A stretch of 63,720 nucleotides of DNA, the filler included, from Octopus bimaculoides (taxonomy: Eukaryota): NCBI RefSeq assembly GCF_001194135.2. It is 7 parts of 5 records of this genome, joined end to end, with 100 filler letters (N's around TTAATTAATTAA, not from the genome) between each part and the next. Parts side by side here need not be neighbours in the genome. Positions count along the whole stretch, not along the records: positions 16,713 to 24,141 come from NC_068988.1; positions 24,242 to 45,011 come from NC_068988.1; 5 more parts are not named here. One strand, given 5' to 3'. Of the stretch, positions 22,271 to 33,129 are shown in pieces. The translations under genes were made by a program, and so were the position numbers. The stretch's first letter is position 1, and every line of letters starts with the position of its first letter. Below the pieces are notes generated by a model that was given only the letters and a program-made list of their open reading frames with translations, ran no database searches and was not told the origin of the DNA.

Positions 22271-23437
22271 CCTGGAAAAGTACAGGACAGGCCGTTACGC
22301 TTGGAAAAGTACAGGACAGGCCNNNNNNNNNNNNNNNNNNNNNNNNNNNNNNNNNNNNNNNNNNNNNNNNNNNNNNNNNNNNNNNNNNNNNNNNNNNNNN
22401 NNNNNNNNNNNNNNNNNNNNNNNNNNNNNNNNNNNNNNNNNNNNNNNNNNNNNNNNNNNNNNNNNNNNNNNNNNNNNNNNNNNNNNNNNNNNNNNNNNNN
22501 NNNNNNNNNNNNNNNNNNNNNNNNNNNNNNNNNNNNNNNNNNNNNNNNNNNNNNNNNNNNNNNNNNNNNNNNNNNNNNNNNNNNNNNNNNNNNNNNNNNN
22601 NNNNNNNNNNNNNNNNNNNNNNNNNNNNNNNNNNNNNNNNNNNNNNNNNNNNNNNNNNNNNNNNNNNNNNNNNNNNNNNNNNNNNNNNNNNNNNNNNNNN
22701 NNNNNNNNNNNNNNNNNNNNNNNNNNNNNNNNNNNNNNNNNNNNNNNNNNNNNNNNNNNNNNNNNNNNNNNNNNNNNNNNNNNNNNNNNNNNNNNNNNNN
22801 NNNNNNNNNNNNNNNNNNNNNNNNNNNNNNNNNNNNNNNNNNNNNNNNNNNNNNNNNNNNNNNNNNNNNNNNNNNNNNNNNNNNNNNNNNNNNNNNNNNN
22901 NNNNNNNNNNNNNNNNNNNNNNNNNNNNNNNNNNNNNNNNNNNNNNNNNNNNNNNNNNNNNNNNNNNNNNNNNNNNNNNNNNNNNNNNNNNNNNNNNNNN
23001 NNNNNNNNNNNNNNNNNNNNNNNNNNNNNNNNNNNNNNNNNNNNNNNNNNNNNNNNNNNNNNNNNNNNNNNNNNNNNNNNNNNNNNNNNNNNNNNNNNNN
23101 NNNNNNNNNNNNNNNNNNNNNNNNNNNNNNNNNNNNNNNNNNNNNNNNNNNNNNNNNNNNNNNNNNNNNNNNNNNNNNNNNNNNNNNNNNNNNNNNNNNN
23201 NNNNNNNNNNNNNNNNNNNNNNNNNNNNNNNNNNNNNNNNNNNNNNNNNGCTTGGAAAAGTACAGGACAGGCCGTTACGCTTGGAAAAGTACAGGACAGG
23301 CCGTTACGCTTGGAAAAGTACAGGACAGGCCGTTACGCTTGGAAAAGTACAGGACAGGCCGTTACGCTTGGAAAAGTACAGGACAAGTCACTACGCTTGG
23401 AAAAGTACAGGACAAGTTATCACACTTGGAAAAGTAC
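22271..23437. repeat. 29-bp minisatellite (CTTGGAAAAGTACAGGACAGGCCGTTACG)n spanning a gap
   Basis: Units start at 22271, 22300, 23251, 23280, 23309, 23338, 23367, 23396, 23425; N run 22323-23249. Confidence 0.95.
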
Positions 23438-23531
23438 TATACTAGAAGACAACCAAGGTGCCACGCAATGGGACTGAACCTAAGACTGCACAGTTGAGAA
23501 GCAAGCGTCATAACCAAACAGCCACGCCTAC
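23436..23531 (-). mobile_element. Family M SINE head (truncated)
   Basis: Minus strand gtaggcgtggctgtttgg...ggttcagtcccattgcgtggcaccttgg..gtcttct. Confidence 0.7.
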
Positions 23532-23597
23532 AGCAGTAGATAAAACTTGCATAAATACAATTACTGTCCTTATACACAAAATTCTAATACAACAGAT

Positions 23598-24067
23598 GCA
23601 GGAAGGCTGTGTTGTAAGAAGCATGCTTCCCAACCACATGATTCCTGGTTCAGTCCCACTGCATGACACTTTGGGTAAGTGTCTTCTGCAATAGCCACGG
23701 ACCGACCAAAGCCATGTGAGTGGATTTGCTAGAAAGAGGCCGGTCGGTCGGTCGGTCGAGCGAGCGAGTGAGCGAGTGAGTGAGCGAGCGAGTGAGCGAG
23801 TGAGTGAGTGAGCGTGTGAGTGAGCGAGTGAGTGAGCGAGCGAGCGAGCGAGCGAGCGAGAGAGAGAGCGAGAGAGAGAGAGAGAGCACAACTTGACAAC
23901 CGATTTGAGTGTGCTTACGTCCCCTAACTTGGAGGGTCGGCAAAAGTGATCGATAGAATAAATACTAGGTAAAAAAAAAAAGGTCCTGAGATCGATTTGT
24001 TTTGATTAAAACCCTTCAAGCCGATGCCCCAGTATGGCCGCAGTTAAATGACAAACAAGTAAAAGAT
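23598..24067 (+). mobile_element. Family M bipartite SINE with internal microsatellite
   Basis: tRNA-like head (ggttcagtccc B box), internal (CGGT)n(GAGC/GAGT)n(GA)n at 23740-23886, tail cttgacaaccgat...gcagttaaatgac..aaacaagtaaaaga. Confidence 0.8.
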
Positions 24068-24141
24068 ACTATTCCTAATATTTTTAGATTGAAAACAATT
24101 TCCGCTGTTCGCAACCAAGAACTTCGAATTAAATCAACATA

Positions 24142-24241
24142 NNNNNNNNNNNNNNNNNNNNNNNNNNNNNNNNNNNNNNNNNNNNTTAATTAATTAANNN
24201 NNNNNNNNNNNNNNNNNNNNNNNNNNNNNNNNNNNNNNNNN
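24142..24241. other. Artificial 100-bp scaffolding linker
   Basis: N44-TTAATTAATTAA(24186-24197)-N44. Confidence 0.95.
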
Positions 24242-24543
24242 AATATGTTTATAAATAGCTTTCTTTGAATTCTCTGGGAAATTTGAGGCATTCAGGAATT
24301 TAATTTATTCTATCATATCTAAGTGCAAACAGTATAGTGGCGTGTTACATTGAGGCTTATCTGAAAAGCATACGAGAGTGAAATAAATACACGAAGTCAA
24401 TGATAAATAGATTAATCAATTAATATATAAATATATTTAAGTTTCTTTTTAATGTAATTTATTTTCGGAATTGTACTGACTTGCTCTAAGATCGAGTTTA
24501 AAACCGAAACAATTACGTCGTTGACGACTAGTGATAGCTATTT

Positions 24544-24578
<35 letters not shown>

Positions 24579-24705
24579 GCACATATATGTGTCGACATAT
24601 TCATTTTGTTCTGCATGTTTTAGTATTGTATACCGTAAAATGGCAAAGCATTTCGTGGTACATCTGCGACCTGGTCATTGACACAATTCCACTGGCACTT
24701 ATATA

Positions 24706-25968
24706 ATGGGTGGGCAACTAAGCTCCCACCGTCTTTTACAATTTAACTTTTTTAAAAATTTTAATAAAAACTAATAAGTATTTAATCAATAATATATTCA
24801 CACTTATTGTTTACAACTTCTTTCCAACGTTCAACAAGATTTTCAATACCTCGTTGGTAGAAATCACCCGATTTCGACTCCAAAAATTAATCCGACCAAG
24901 CTCTCAATTCTGCATCAGTATTGAACGAAACTCCGCGCATAGCATTTGAAAGAGATCGAAAGAAGTCTAATTCTGTTGGTGTCAAATCAGGAGAGTACGG
25001 CGGGTGTGACAGCACTTCCCAGCCATGCGTTTGAATGGCTTCCTTGGTCATATTGGCGTTGTCGTACAGCAGGAGAATTCCATGCTGCCGATTAGGTCTT
25101 TTCTCTTGAATAACTGTGTTGAGTCGTTCCATCTGTTGAACATAGAGTTCCGCGTTGACCGTTTGGTTCCGTTCCAGTAATTCGTTATGGATAATCCCTT
25201 CCCAGTGCCGCCATACGGACAACATCGTTTTACGTGGATAAAGATCTTGTTTCACGCGCGGTGTCACTTGATTACCGGGGTTAAGCCATTCCTTACGCTG
25301 CTTCATATTGTTGTACAACCACCATTTTTCGTCGCCTGTAATGATTCGGTAAAGAAATCGTTGTTTGTGTCCATGAGTTGAACAGTGACGAGCAAGCAAA
25401 CCAGCGGAGATTGTGGCTCATTGATTTTTGTTGTTGTCACTTAAAGAATGCGGAACCCATGCTCCATACTTCTGAACCTTTCCCATCGAGTGAAGATGCT
25501 TCTCTACAACAGTGTGGGAGCATTCCATTTTCTTTGCCAGTTCCCTTATCGTTTGACAAGAATTTTCGTGAAAAAGTTGGTTTAATTGCTCATCATCGAA
25601 CTCAACTGGATGGCCAGAACGAGGTGCGTCTTTGAGGTCAAAATTTCCATTTTTGAACTTGGCATGCCAATTACGAGCGGTTCTTTTAGCTATGGCACCC
25701 TCTCCATACACAGCACAAATGTCGCGAGCAGCTTTTGTGGCCTTAGAACCTTGATGAAAAGCAAAAGGAAGGAAGTGTCGAAAATGCTCGTTTTTCTTAA
25801 CTTGACATTCCATTTTAATGGTCTGAAAATAACCAAAAATTAACTAATATTAACTAGAAAAAAAAAAGATTCAAAAATAGAATTCTCGAAAACAATAGAT
25901 TCCAAAATTTAAAAACGCAATAAATTCCAAAATTTTAAAAAGCCGAGGGAACTTAGTTGCCAACCCAA
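24706..25968 (-). mobile_element. Full-length mariner element (1263 bp), mellifera-subfamily-like TIRs
   Basis: TA|ATGGGTGGGCAACTAAG ... CTTAGTTGCCAACCCAA|TA; transposase ORF inside. Confidence 0.95.
24782..25813 (-). pseudogene. Mariner D,D34D transposase, inactivated
   Basis: EHFRH, WVPHSL, TGDEKW, YDNA, HPPYSPDL motifs in one frame; stops at 25418-25420 and 24887-24889; ~15-nt deletion after DNA; third Asp position reads E. Confidence 0.93.
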
Positions 25969-26042
25969 TACACACACACGAGTAAGCACATAAATGCAAA
26001 ACAAGGTGGTAATATGCTTTAATTTATTAAAGCTGCAAAAAC

Positions 26043-26097
26043 ATCACAAAAACTGGTATTCAGTGTTTCACGTTCCCGTTCGTCGAGCAGTTGTGAT
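26043..26097 (-). ncRNA. Decayed type I hammerhead-like motif
   Basis: AUCACAACUG-CUCGACGA-ACG(GGAA)CGU-GAAA-CACUGAAUA-C-CAGUUUUUGUGAU: 10-bp stem I with 3-nt bulge, 3-bp stem II; altered first core and broken stem III. Confidence 0.38.
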
Positions 26098-26334
26098 CAA
26101 GAATGAAATAAAATTGTGATGGCAATTGTAATATATTATTTGCTATAATCCAATTTAATGAATAAGCATTTGAATTTGATTGGGAACTTTTATTTGAAAA
26201 CGTAAGCTGTGTTGTAATCACTAACGGTTGAGCTGGTAGGGGGTGTATAAATTGAAGAGTAAAACATGAATATATCGTATTGTATATTCCCTTCTTCACA
26301 CAAGGTTTTTATCGACATTATACAATGCGATTTA

Positions 26335-27345
26335 CAGTGGTACCTTGACTTACGAGTGTCCCGACTAACGAGTTTTTCGAGATATGAGCCGTCTCTCGGC
26401 CGATTTTTTGCTTTGAGTTGCGAGCTAAAATTCGGGTTACGCGCCAGCTTCAGATAACCCACCGTTAGTTGGTGTAACGAACGCTTCAGTGAACGCCGTA
26501 ACAGCCGCCCAATATGCCGTGTCTTACTTGGTAGATGAACACATATGCACGTTAGCAAGTTTCTAGATCCTTAGTGGATCGTTAATTAAACGGGTGGTAA
26601 AATGATTATTTAGTCGTTGCAGGCTACAGAAGCATTAGTGTTGTGCTCGCAATTATGCGTACAGTTATTTTTCAAAACTTGGTTTTCCCGAACATGGGTC
26701 CGAAGAAAGTGAGTGCAAAGGACAGCGGCGAGAAGAAGAGGTGCATGATGTGCATCGAATTAAAGAAATAAATTATTGAAGCACATGACCAAGATGTGCA
26801 TGTAGTCGATATGGTGAAGCAGTATGAGCGTAGCACTTCTACGACCTGCACCATACTGAAGTAAAAGGTGTTGATAAAGGCTTTAATGCCAACCAAGGGC
26901 ATCAAAATGATTTCTAGATAGTGAACATTAACCTCTGCGTGGAAGAAACTGTGGCCTGAGGTTGTGTTTCAAACGGACTTTGAAAGCCTCGAACCCGAAG
27001 CGGCAGTAGTGGAGGAGATTGTATCCCTCGGCAAGTTCATGGGCCTCGATGTGGATGGAGGTGACATCAAGGAGCTCATGGAGGAGCATTCCGAGGAAAT
27101 GACGATGGGAGAGCTAAAAGAGCTACAGACGCAGCAGCACATGGAGGTTTTGCAGGAAATAAGTGAGTGGAGGAGACGGAGGAGGTTATCTCTACCAGTG
27201 CAATAAAAGTAATGTTGGGAATGTGGGAGAAACTTTCAGAGTTTATTCAAAAGAATCATTCAGAAAAAGCAGTTGCAACTGGGCGAACGACGGCGCTATT
27301 TAATATCACTTGCCTAACTCATTTCAGAAACAGTCTGAAATTTCT
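26335..27345 (+). mobile_element. Tigger/pogo-like DNA transposon, internally deleted
   Basis: TA|CAGTGGTACCTTGACTTACGAG terminus; ATG 26694 MGPKKV..IELKKEII..STTCTILK (psq-type HTH) joined directly to the C-terminal SAWKKLWP..VEEIVSLGK..DIKEL region; DDE core and right TIR not seen. Confidence 0.85.
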
Positions 27346-28393
27346 AAACAGTGGAGAAGATTAGAAAGCTAGCCCTATCATGTTATATATGTATTTGCTT
27401 TATTTACTCCAGAAGGGTGCCATCCGTAATCAGCATCAGCAGGTGTTGTTCTCAGAAATGAATGTATCGAAGCTAGACTCTACAAAACACTTTGCTCCAT
27501 ATTCTATGGATTCTGTTATTTCTGACCTTGAAACAAAGATGCGAATGGTTACTGGTGTTGTGCTCCTGCCTAGGTCAGTTGGAATCGAGTAAACCTCTTA
27601 TGAAAGTTTCCTCAACCGTCACCAACAGAATGTTTGTATATAATATGTTGATATATTGTCCGATGTATATAATATATTGATATATTGTCCGATGTATTTT
27701 CCCTTATTCTTTTAGAAACGGAACATTTTATATAGGAATTCATCTTGTTATGGTAAGTAGATCGACTGCGTAGGACTTCTTCGTTCCTTCGCAGTCACAA
27801 ATGTGTTTGAGGAGGGGGAGAATAGGAGAATAGGAGGAGGAGGAGGTGCTGGAGGAGGAGGAGGAGGTGCTGGAGGAGGAGGAGTAAATGAAGAAAGCTC
27901 TTTAATGGTAATTATTTCGTTAAGTCATCAGCGAGTGATAAGAGACAAATACAAACTTTGCCAAGATTTGAACTCACTATTAATATCATGCACAGCCACG
28001 TAAGGCAATGTTTGTCATTCTCTCGAACGTGCCCTGTTGTCTATATATGGATGACTCTGAGCTAGCATATATAAGTTTATATATGTGAGTGTGTATGCGT
28101 ATGTGTGTGTGCGCATGCGTGTGTGTGTGCGTGTGTGTGTGAGTGTGTGTCATTAGAGTCTTTGTCAAGGCGGTGTAATATAAGTAAATCTCACACGCCC
28201 ACCATAATGATTTATATTTCCTTTCTCCATGTACTAAGAGGAATTCCTGCTGAGCGCAACTATGTTTATAATCCCTCTGGCCGGCAGTGGTTTAGCACAA
28301 TGATTAGAACCTCAGAAAAATGCCTTGTGGTAGTTGATTATGTTACACTGATCCTTGAATTCCCGACGGCGTCAGTTTTGTTTTCTCATGCTT

Positions 28394-28607
28394 AAGGCAG
28401 AAAGATGGTAGAATCGTTAGCGAGTTGAGCAAAAAGCTTAGCAGCATTTTCTCCAGTTCATTACGTTTTGGGTTCAAATTCTGCCAAGGCTGACATTGCA
28501 TTTCGGTGGTCGATAAAATATGTACCAGTTGAACATTGAGGTTCGTGTAATCGATTTAGTCTCTTCCTTAAAATTTTTGGTCTTCTGCCAAAATTTGAAA
28601 CCATTCT
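28394..28607 (+). mobile_element. Diverged family A SINE
   Basis: ggtagaatcgttagc...gggttcaaattctgcc...gtcgataaaatatgtaccag...ccaaaatttgaaac. Confidence 0.6.
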
Positions 28608-28859
28608 TAGACACCGATAAAATAAAGACCTAGATTTTATGGAATCAGATATACTTCGTTATGCAATGCCCATTGGTTTCTAGTTTTCTTTCACTTTCAG
28701 TGGGTAGTATAATAAAGTACCAGTTAGTACGGGTAGATATCAATAGGTTACCAGTTAGTACGGGTAGATATCAATAGGGTACATTTCGAGTTCATGTCTT
28801 GCTGGCGTTAACTTTGTTTTCCTTTATCTTCAAGGGATCGGTAAAATAAAGTACCTATA

Positions 28860-29035
28860 TGTATATAGGTATGCATATATCGGTACAGGACGTCACAAAA
28901 CGTAAGCAACATGAAATACGATAATAACGTTGGGTACGCAAAGAACGAGAGAAATAAATGGAAACAAGACAAGTAGCATAAAATACGACCCTTCATCAGT
29001 TGTCGGATGTCCTTCTACTCCTTATTTCGAGCAAT
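28860..29035 (-). mobile_element. Fragment of a small repeat related to the 53.2/56.6 kb elements
   Basis: Shares ataggt..gcatat..ggtacaggac and, on the minus strand, C-GAAA-N25-CTGATGA. Confidence 0.4.
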
Positions 29036-31579
29036 GAAATATATATATATATATATATATATANNNNNNNNNNNNNNNNNNNNNNNNNNNNNNNNNNNNN
29101 NNNNNNNNNNNNNNNNNNNNNNNNNNNNNNNNNNNNNNNNNNNNNNNNNNNNNNNNNNNNNNNNNNNNNNNNNNNNNNNNNNNNNNNNNNNNNNNNNNNN
29201 NNNNNNNNNNNNNNNNNNNNNNNNNNNNGTGTATGTGAATATATATATGAATGTATAAACATCGTTAGAAAAAAATGGGGGTTACCAAACGAAGTCCTTT
29301 GGGAGAAAAAAATTTCGTAATTTCTTAGCACAGATTTATTGATACTTCCTTCTCACACTTAACGTCTGAGATACAGTGTACCAGTGATATCACTTGTCCT
29401 GAAATCTGTAGCGAACTGCAACCAATTAGTATTCAAAATACATAAATAAATAAATTTTTAGACACATTCCTTCATGTTCTGATTTCAAATCCACTAAGAT
29501 TACTTTCTAAAATGAGCGCTAGCGAAATGATGAGAGGATAATTAGGTCGCTCGTATCTAATTCTTACCTTAATTGATTGCAATCAGAATGGCCTCTCAGA
29601 TATTATTATTTTTAATGATGAATGAATTAACTACTGGTAATTTCAAGCTAAATTAATATTAGATATTAATATTAGATATTACATGCAGCAATCTGAGAGA
29701 GAAAAGTGAAAATAGAAAGGTTTCTGTTTCATCTGTTATTTTGATGCTTATAATATCTAATGATATTTTTAATATTGTTCACATATGAATGTCTTTCATC
29801 TTTCTGATATTAACTTCGACTTTCATGTCTGCAGTGTGAATGAAGTAAATAACCAGATTTATGCTATGTTCTGTGTTCAAACACCGATAGGTTTGTCTGA
29901 GATTTTCATTGGTACTGAAGTCGATAAAACAAATAGTAATAATACACTGATGTAAAAATGTAATTCTCTTTACGTTTCGCTACACTTCACAAATACTGGT
30001 TTCACGTGCAGTTTCAAGAGGGTTTCGATGCAAATTCTTGGTCTGTGAGAAAAAGCCAGCAAATCTCCCTCAAATCATCCTCTACTATTTTAACCATTTG
30101 CTTTTACAAATGGTCTTCATAAGTTTTCCCTGGACGGTCATGCTTGTTTTCAGACTTTTCGTTAGCATTTCTTTCATGTGTTATGCGGAATAATAATACT
30201 TTACTGACACCCATGTTATTTTGTTGGTTTAAAACTACAATTAGAAATGTTCATTATTTATGATCCATTCATGCCAGAGAAATATGGCTTGTGTATCAGG
30301 TGTGATATACAGGACATGAAAGGGCTTAAGAAACGAAGTATATTTTGGACAGTATACTTCAAGTTAAGTTTAATGAGTGTACCCGATGGTTTTAGCTGTC
30401 ACTACATTGGTGAATTAAATAAATTTTCTACATATATAATATGCGTGTAAACATCTGTCATACTACAGACGAAAAATGACGATTAAAATAATTTCTGACA
30501 AGCCATTTTGATTTCAAACCAAACAAACACATACAGTGTGTGTGTCTGTGTGTGCACGCGCGTGTCTGTGTGTAATTAGTTGGACACGGCTGAAATTCTT
30601 TTGATCATGAACTGCACTATTTGAGTACTCCTAGGGCTAAACAACTATAGCAACAACTACAACTGACTTAACAAGGCATCCATAATAACAGATAATTCCT
30701 GCTCACTCTAAAAATTAGTAGCGTTTTTAACGATAACCTTTTAACTGCCATACATGTCAGCTGAACAAATAATGACAAAAGCGTAGCAGAAGTTATATTC
30801 AGACCACACATTCAGCCAAACTTTTGACACTTATATACACAACATACATATATATTTCCAGATAAATACAGTGAAATTCCAGAAAGATTTCCCTTGTTGA
30901 CATCGGGATTTCGGTTATTTAAAATACGATTAATTGCTGAGGGGAAAATAATTTACAAACACAACGGCATTAAGGTCTCTGGAATATCGTTCTTTATTCT
31001 TGTTCTGTAATGTGAGAGATAGAAGGAACGCCATACTTCCTAACGATTAACGCTGAACATTTTTCAAATAATTTCAACGTTTAGAAGATTTTTATCAGCA
31101 GTATTATGTTCGCTCTCCCTAATGAGTATTGGATTGCAATAGATAAGCTTTCGATAAACGTTCGCAACGAACATCCGATAACACGCATTCACAATAATTT
31201 TTCACTCTCCAGTTAAATCAGTTTTTTTTTTTCGTTAATTATTCTTTAATTATGCGTTATTTCTCTTTTTCTCATAATTATTAAATACTTCCATGAAACT
31301 AGAACCATCTAAGATGAAAATCTATTGCATTAAAAAAGAAAAAAAAACATTCACAATTTCTGCGAGGGAGGTGTTACAAACATTATGGGCGGTGCTCCTC
31401 CTCTTTCGACAAACTAATGATCTCTAATGGAAATGCAAGGATTCGGGTTTTGTGGAAGAATATATGCCCCTTAAATCAACTCAAATCACTGACTGACATT
31501 TTATTTCAACACTGGAATAATGAAACACAAAGCTAAGCCCTGGCAGACTTTGGAATTCATAAATAGATAACTCTATCGA

Positions 31580-31700
31580 TCCCGGAAGGAAAAAAGACAA
31601 AGTTGATCTCAGCAGGATTTGAACTCATAACGTAGAGAGCAGGAGGAAATAGCGCAAAGCGAATGTTATGGAGCTTTGATTAGTCTACTAGCTCGCTTCC
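31580..31700 (-). mobile_element. Family A SINE remnant
   Basis: aaagttgatctcagcaggatttgaactcataacgtag...ctagctcgcttcc. Confidence 0.45.
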
Positions 31701-33129
31701 CCCTATTGTAGAGTAAACACAAGAAACATTATTTATGTAGTTTCAATGGTTAGATAAGAAATGAAGTTAAGTCGTAAATAGACAGCGAGCAAATAAATCT
31801 TACAATCTGTAATTCTGCGCTATTTTACGTTTCTTTACGTCAACAGTACCACCCAGAAGTGTGAAAGTAGCAAAACTATTATCCAGCTTAACCATAGGCT
31901 TAGAGTTCAACTTCTAAATATTCGTCATTGATTTCAAAAATACAATATATTCCTCTCCTTATCTCACTCGCTCTATTTGTCGCTCTCCCTCTCTCACGCT
32001 TTCTTTCTCTTGCCTCCCCCTCTCTCTCTTTATTTCTGTAGATATTTTTTATACATTCATCTTTTCGGTGGATGCACACACAGGCAGCGTTAAGTGCACA
32101 CGCTCGCCTGCACTCATGCGAAGACCCACCAGGAGAAGCAAAATCCTCATTCCTCTGCAAACGAAGCGATTTAAAGTGAGCTCTCAAAAGCAAAAACAAA
32201 AAAATAATGCTGTTATCTCTACAATAGCTTATCTTCTAAGTAAAACGCTATTTATATCGAACACTAACTAGGATTGTCTTAGAAGTAATTGCTAGACCAA
32301 GGTGCACAACATGCGTTTGGTAGTGCTGGGATTAAATAACTGATAACAATTACCTATTTTTGCCTGAACATATTTAGCTGTCATCGAACTATGAAATATA
32401 AGAAGGAAATCGTCTTGAATTTTCTGTTTTTGATACGAAAATTAGACGTTCTTATATCAGATAAAGGTTCTCTAGTGAAAGATTTAAAAATCTGTCGATT
32501 ACTTTAAATTCACTTTAGCTTTTCTGATACACATTGTTTAATGCGTTGATTAATTATAAATGTGTGCCTATGTGTGTATGCGGGCGTGTGTATGCGCATT
32601 TGTGTTAATTTACGAATGGCAGAACAAATTATTCAATACATCTTGGAGATTTTAATAGTGCATTCGTAGCGTTTATCCGCAATGTTTATCTTTTGTGTTT
32701 GAATATATTCAAAACTGCATGTGAATAATCAGTCGGATTCATAAATTCTGATTATTTTAAAAGTAAAAAAAAAAATATTGTCCGTGAAACAAGGAAAAAT
32801 TAATTAGTTTTCATTTTCTTTGATATTGCAAAATGCGTACTAATTTGTTGTAGACATGACTTTTAAATGAGATATAATTATAAATCTATACGTTTTATAT
32901 ATTATGTCGAATTTGATATCAGTCTCTTGTAATTTAAGTAATCTTACTTTGATATGAATATATAGATTGTAAAGGCACAACAATTTAAGAGCAAATCATT
33001 TTATATCTTTCAAGTTATTTGAAACCCCTTACTAATTTTATAAAGATATAACATTGAATGCAAAATGTTAATAACCTTTGTAAATTGTAGACAGTTTCGG
33101 AACCATTTTCATAGTATAAATTCAAAACA

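Noticed and set aside
22271-23437. CRISPR-like appearance (constant repeat with variable 10-bp ends)
   Set aside because: Most units are fully identical, the variable part is too short, there are no cas genes and the context is eukaryotic.
24484-24525. ctaagat...ccGAAACaattacGTC hammerhead-like remnant on the plus strand
   Set aside because: First core incomplete and stems I-II unpaired.
27900-27935. Minus-strand CTGATGA-CTTAAC-GAAA
   Set aside because: Both cores are exact but no stem I or stem II pairing; likely chance.
27636-28780. Two-unit tandem duplications (29 bp at 27636-27693; 31 bp at 28719-28780)
   Set aside because: Ordinary slippage duplications.
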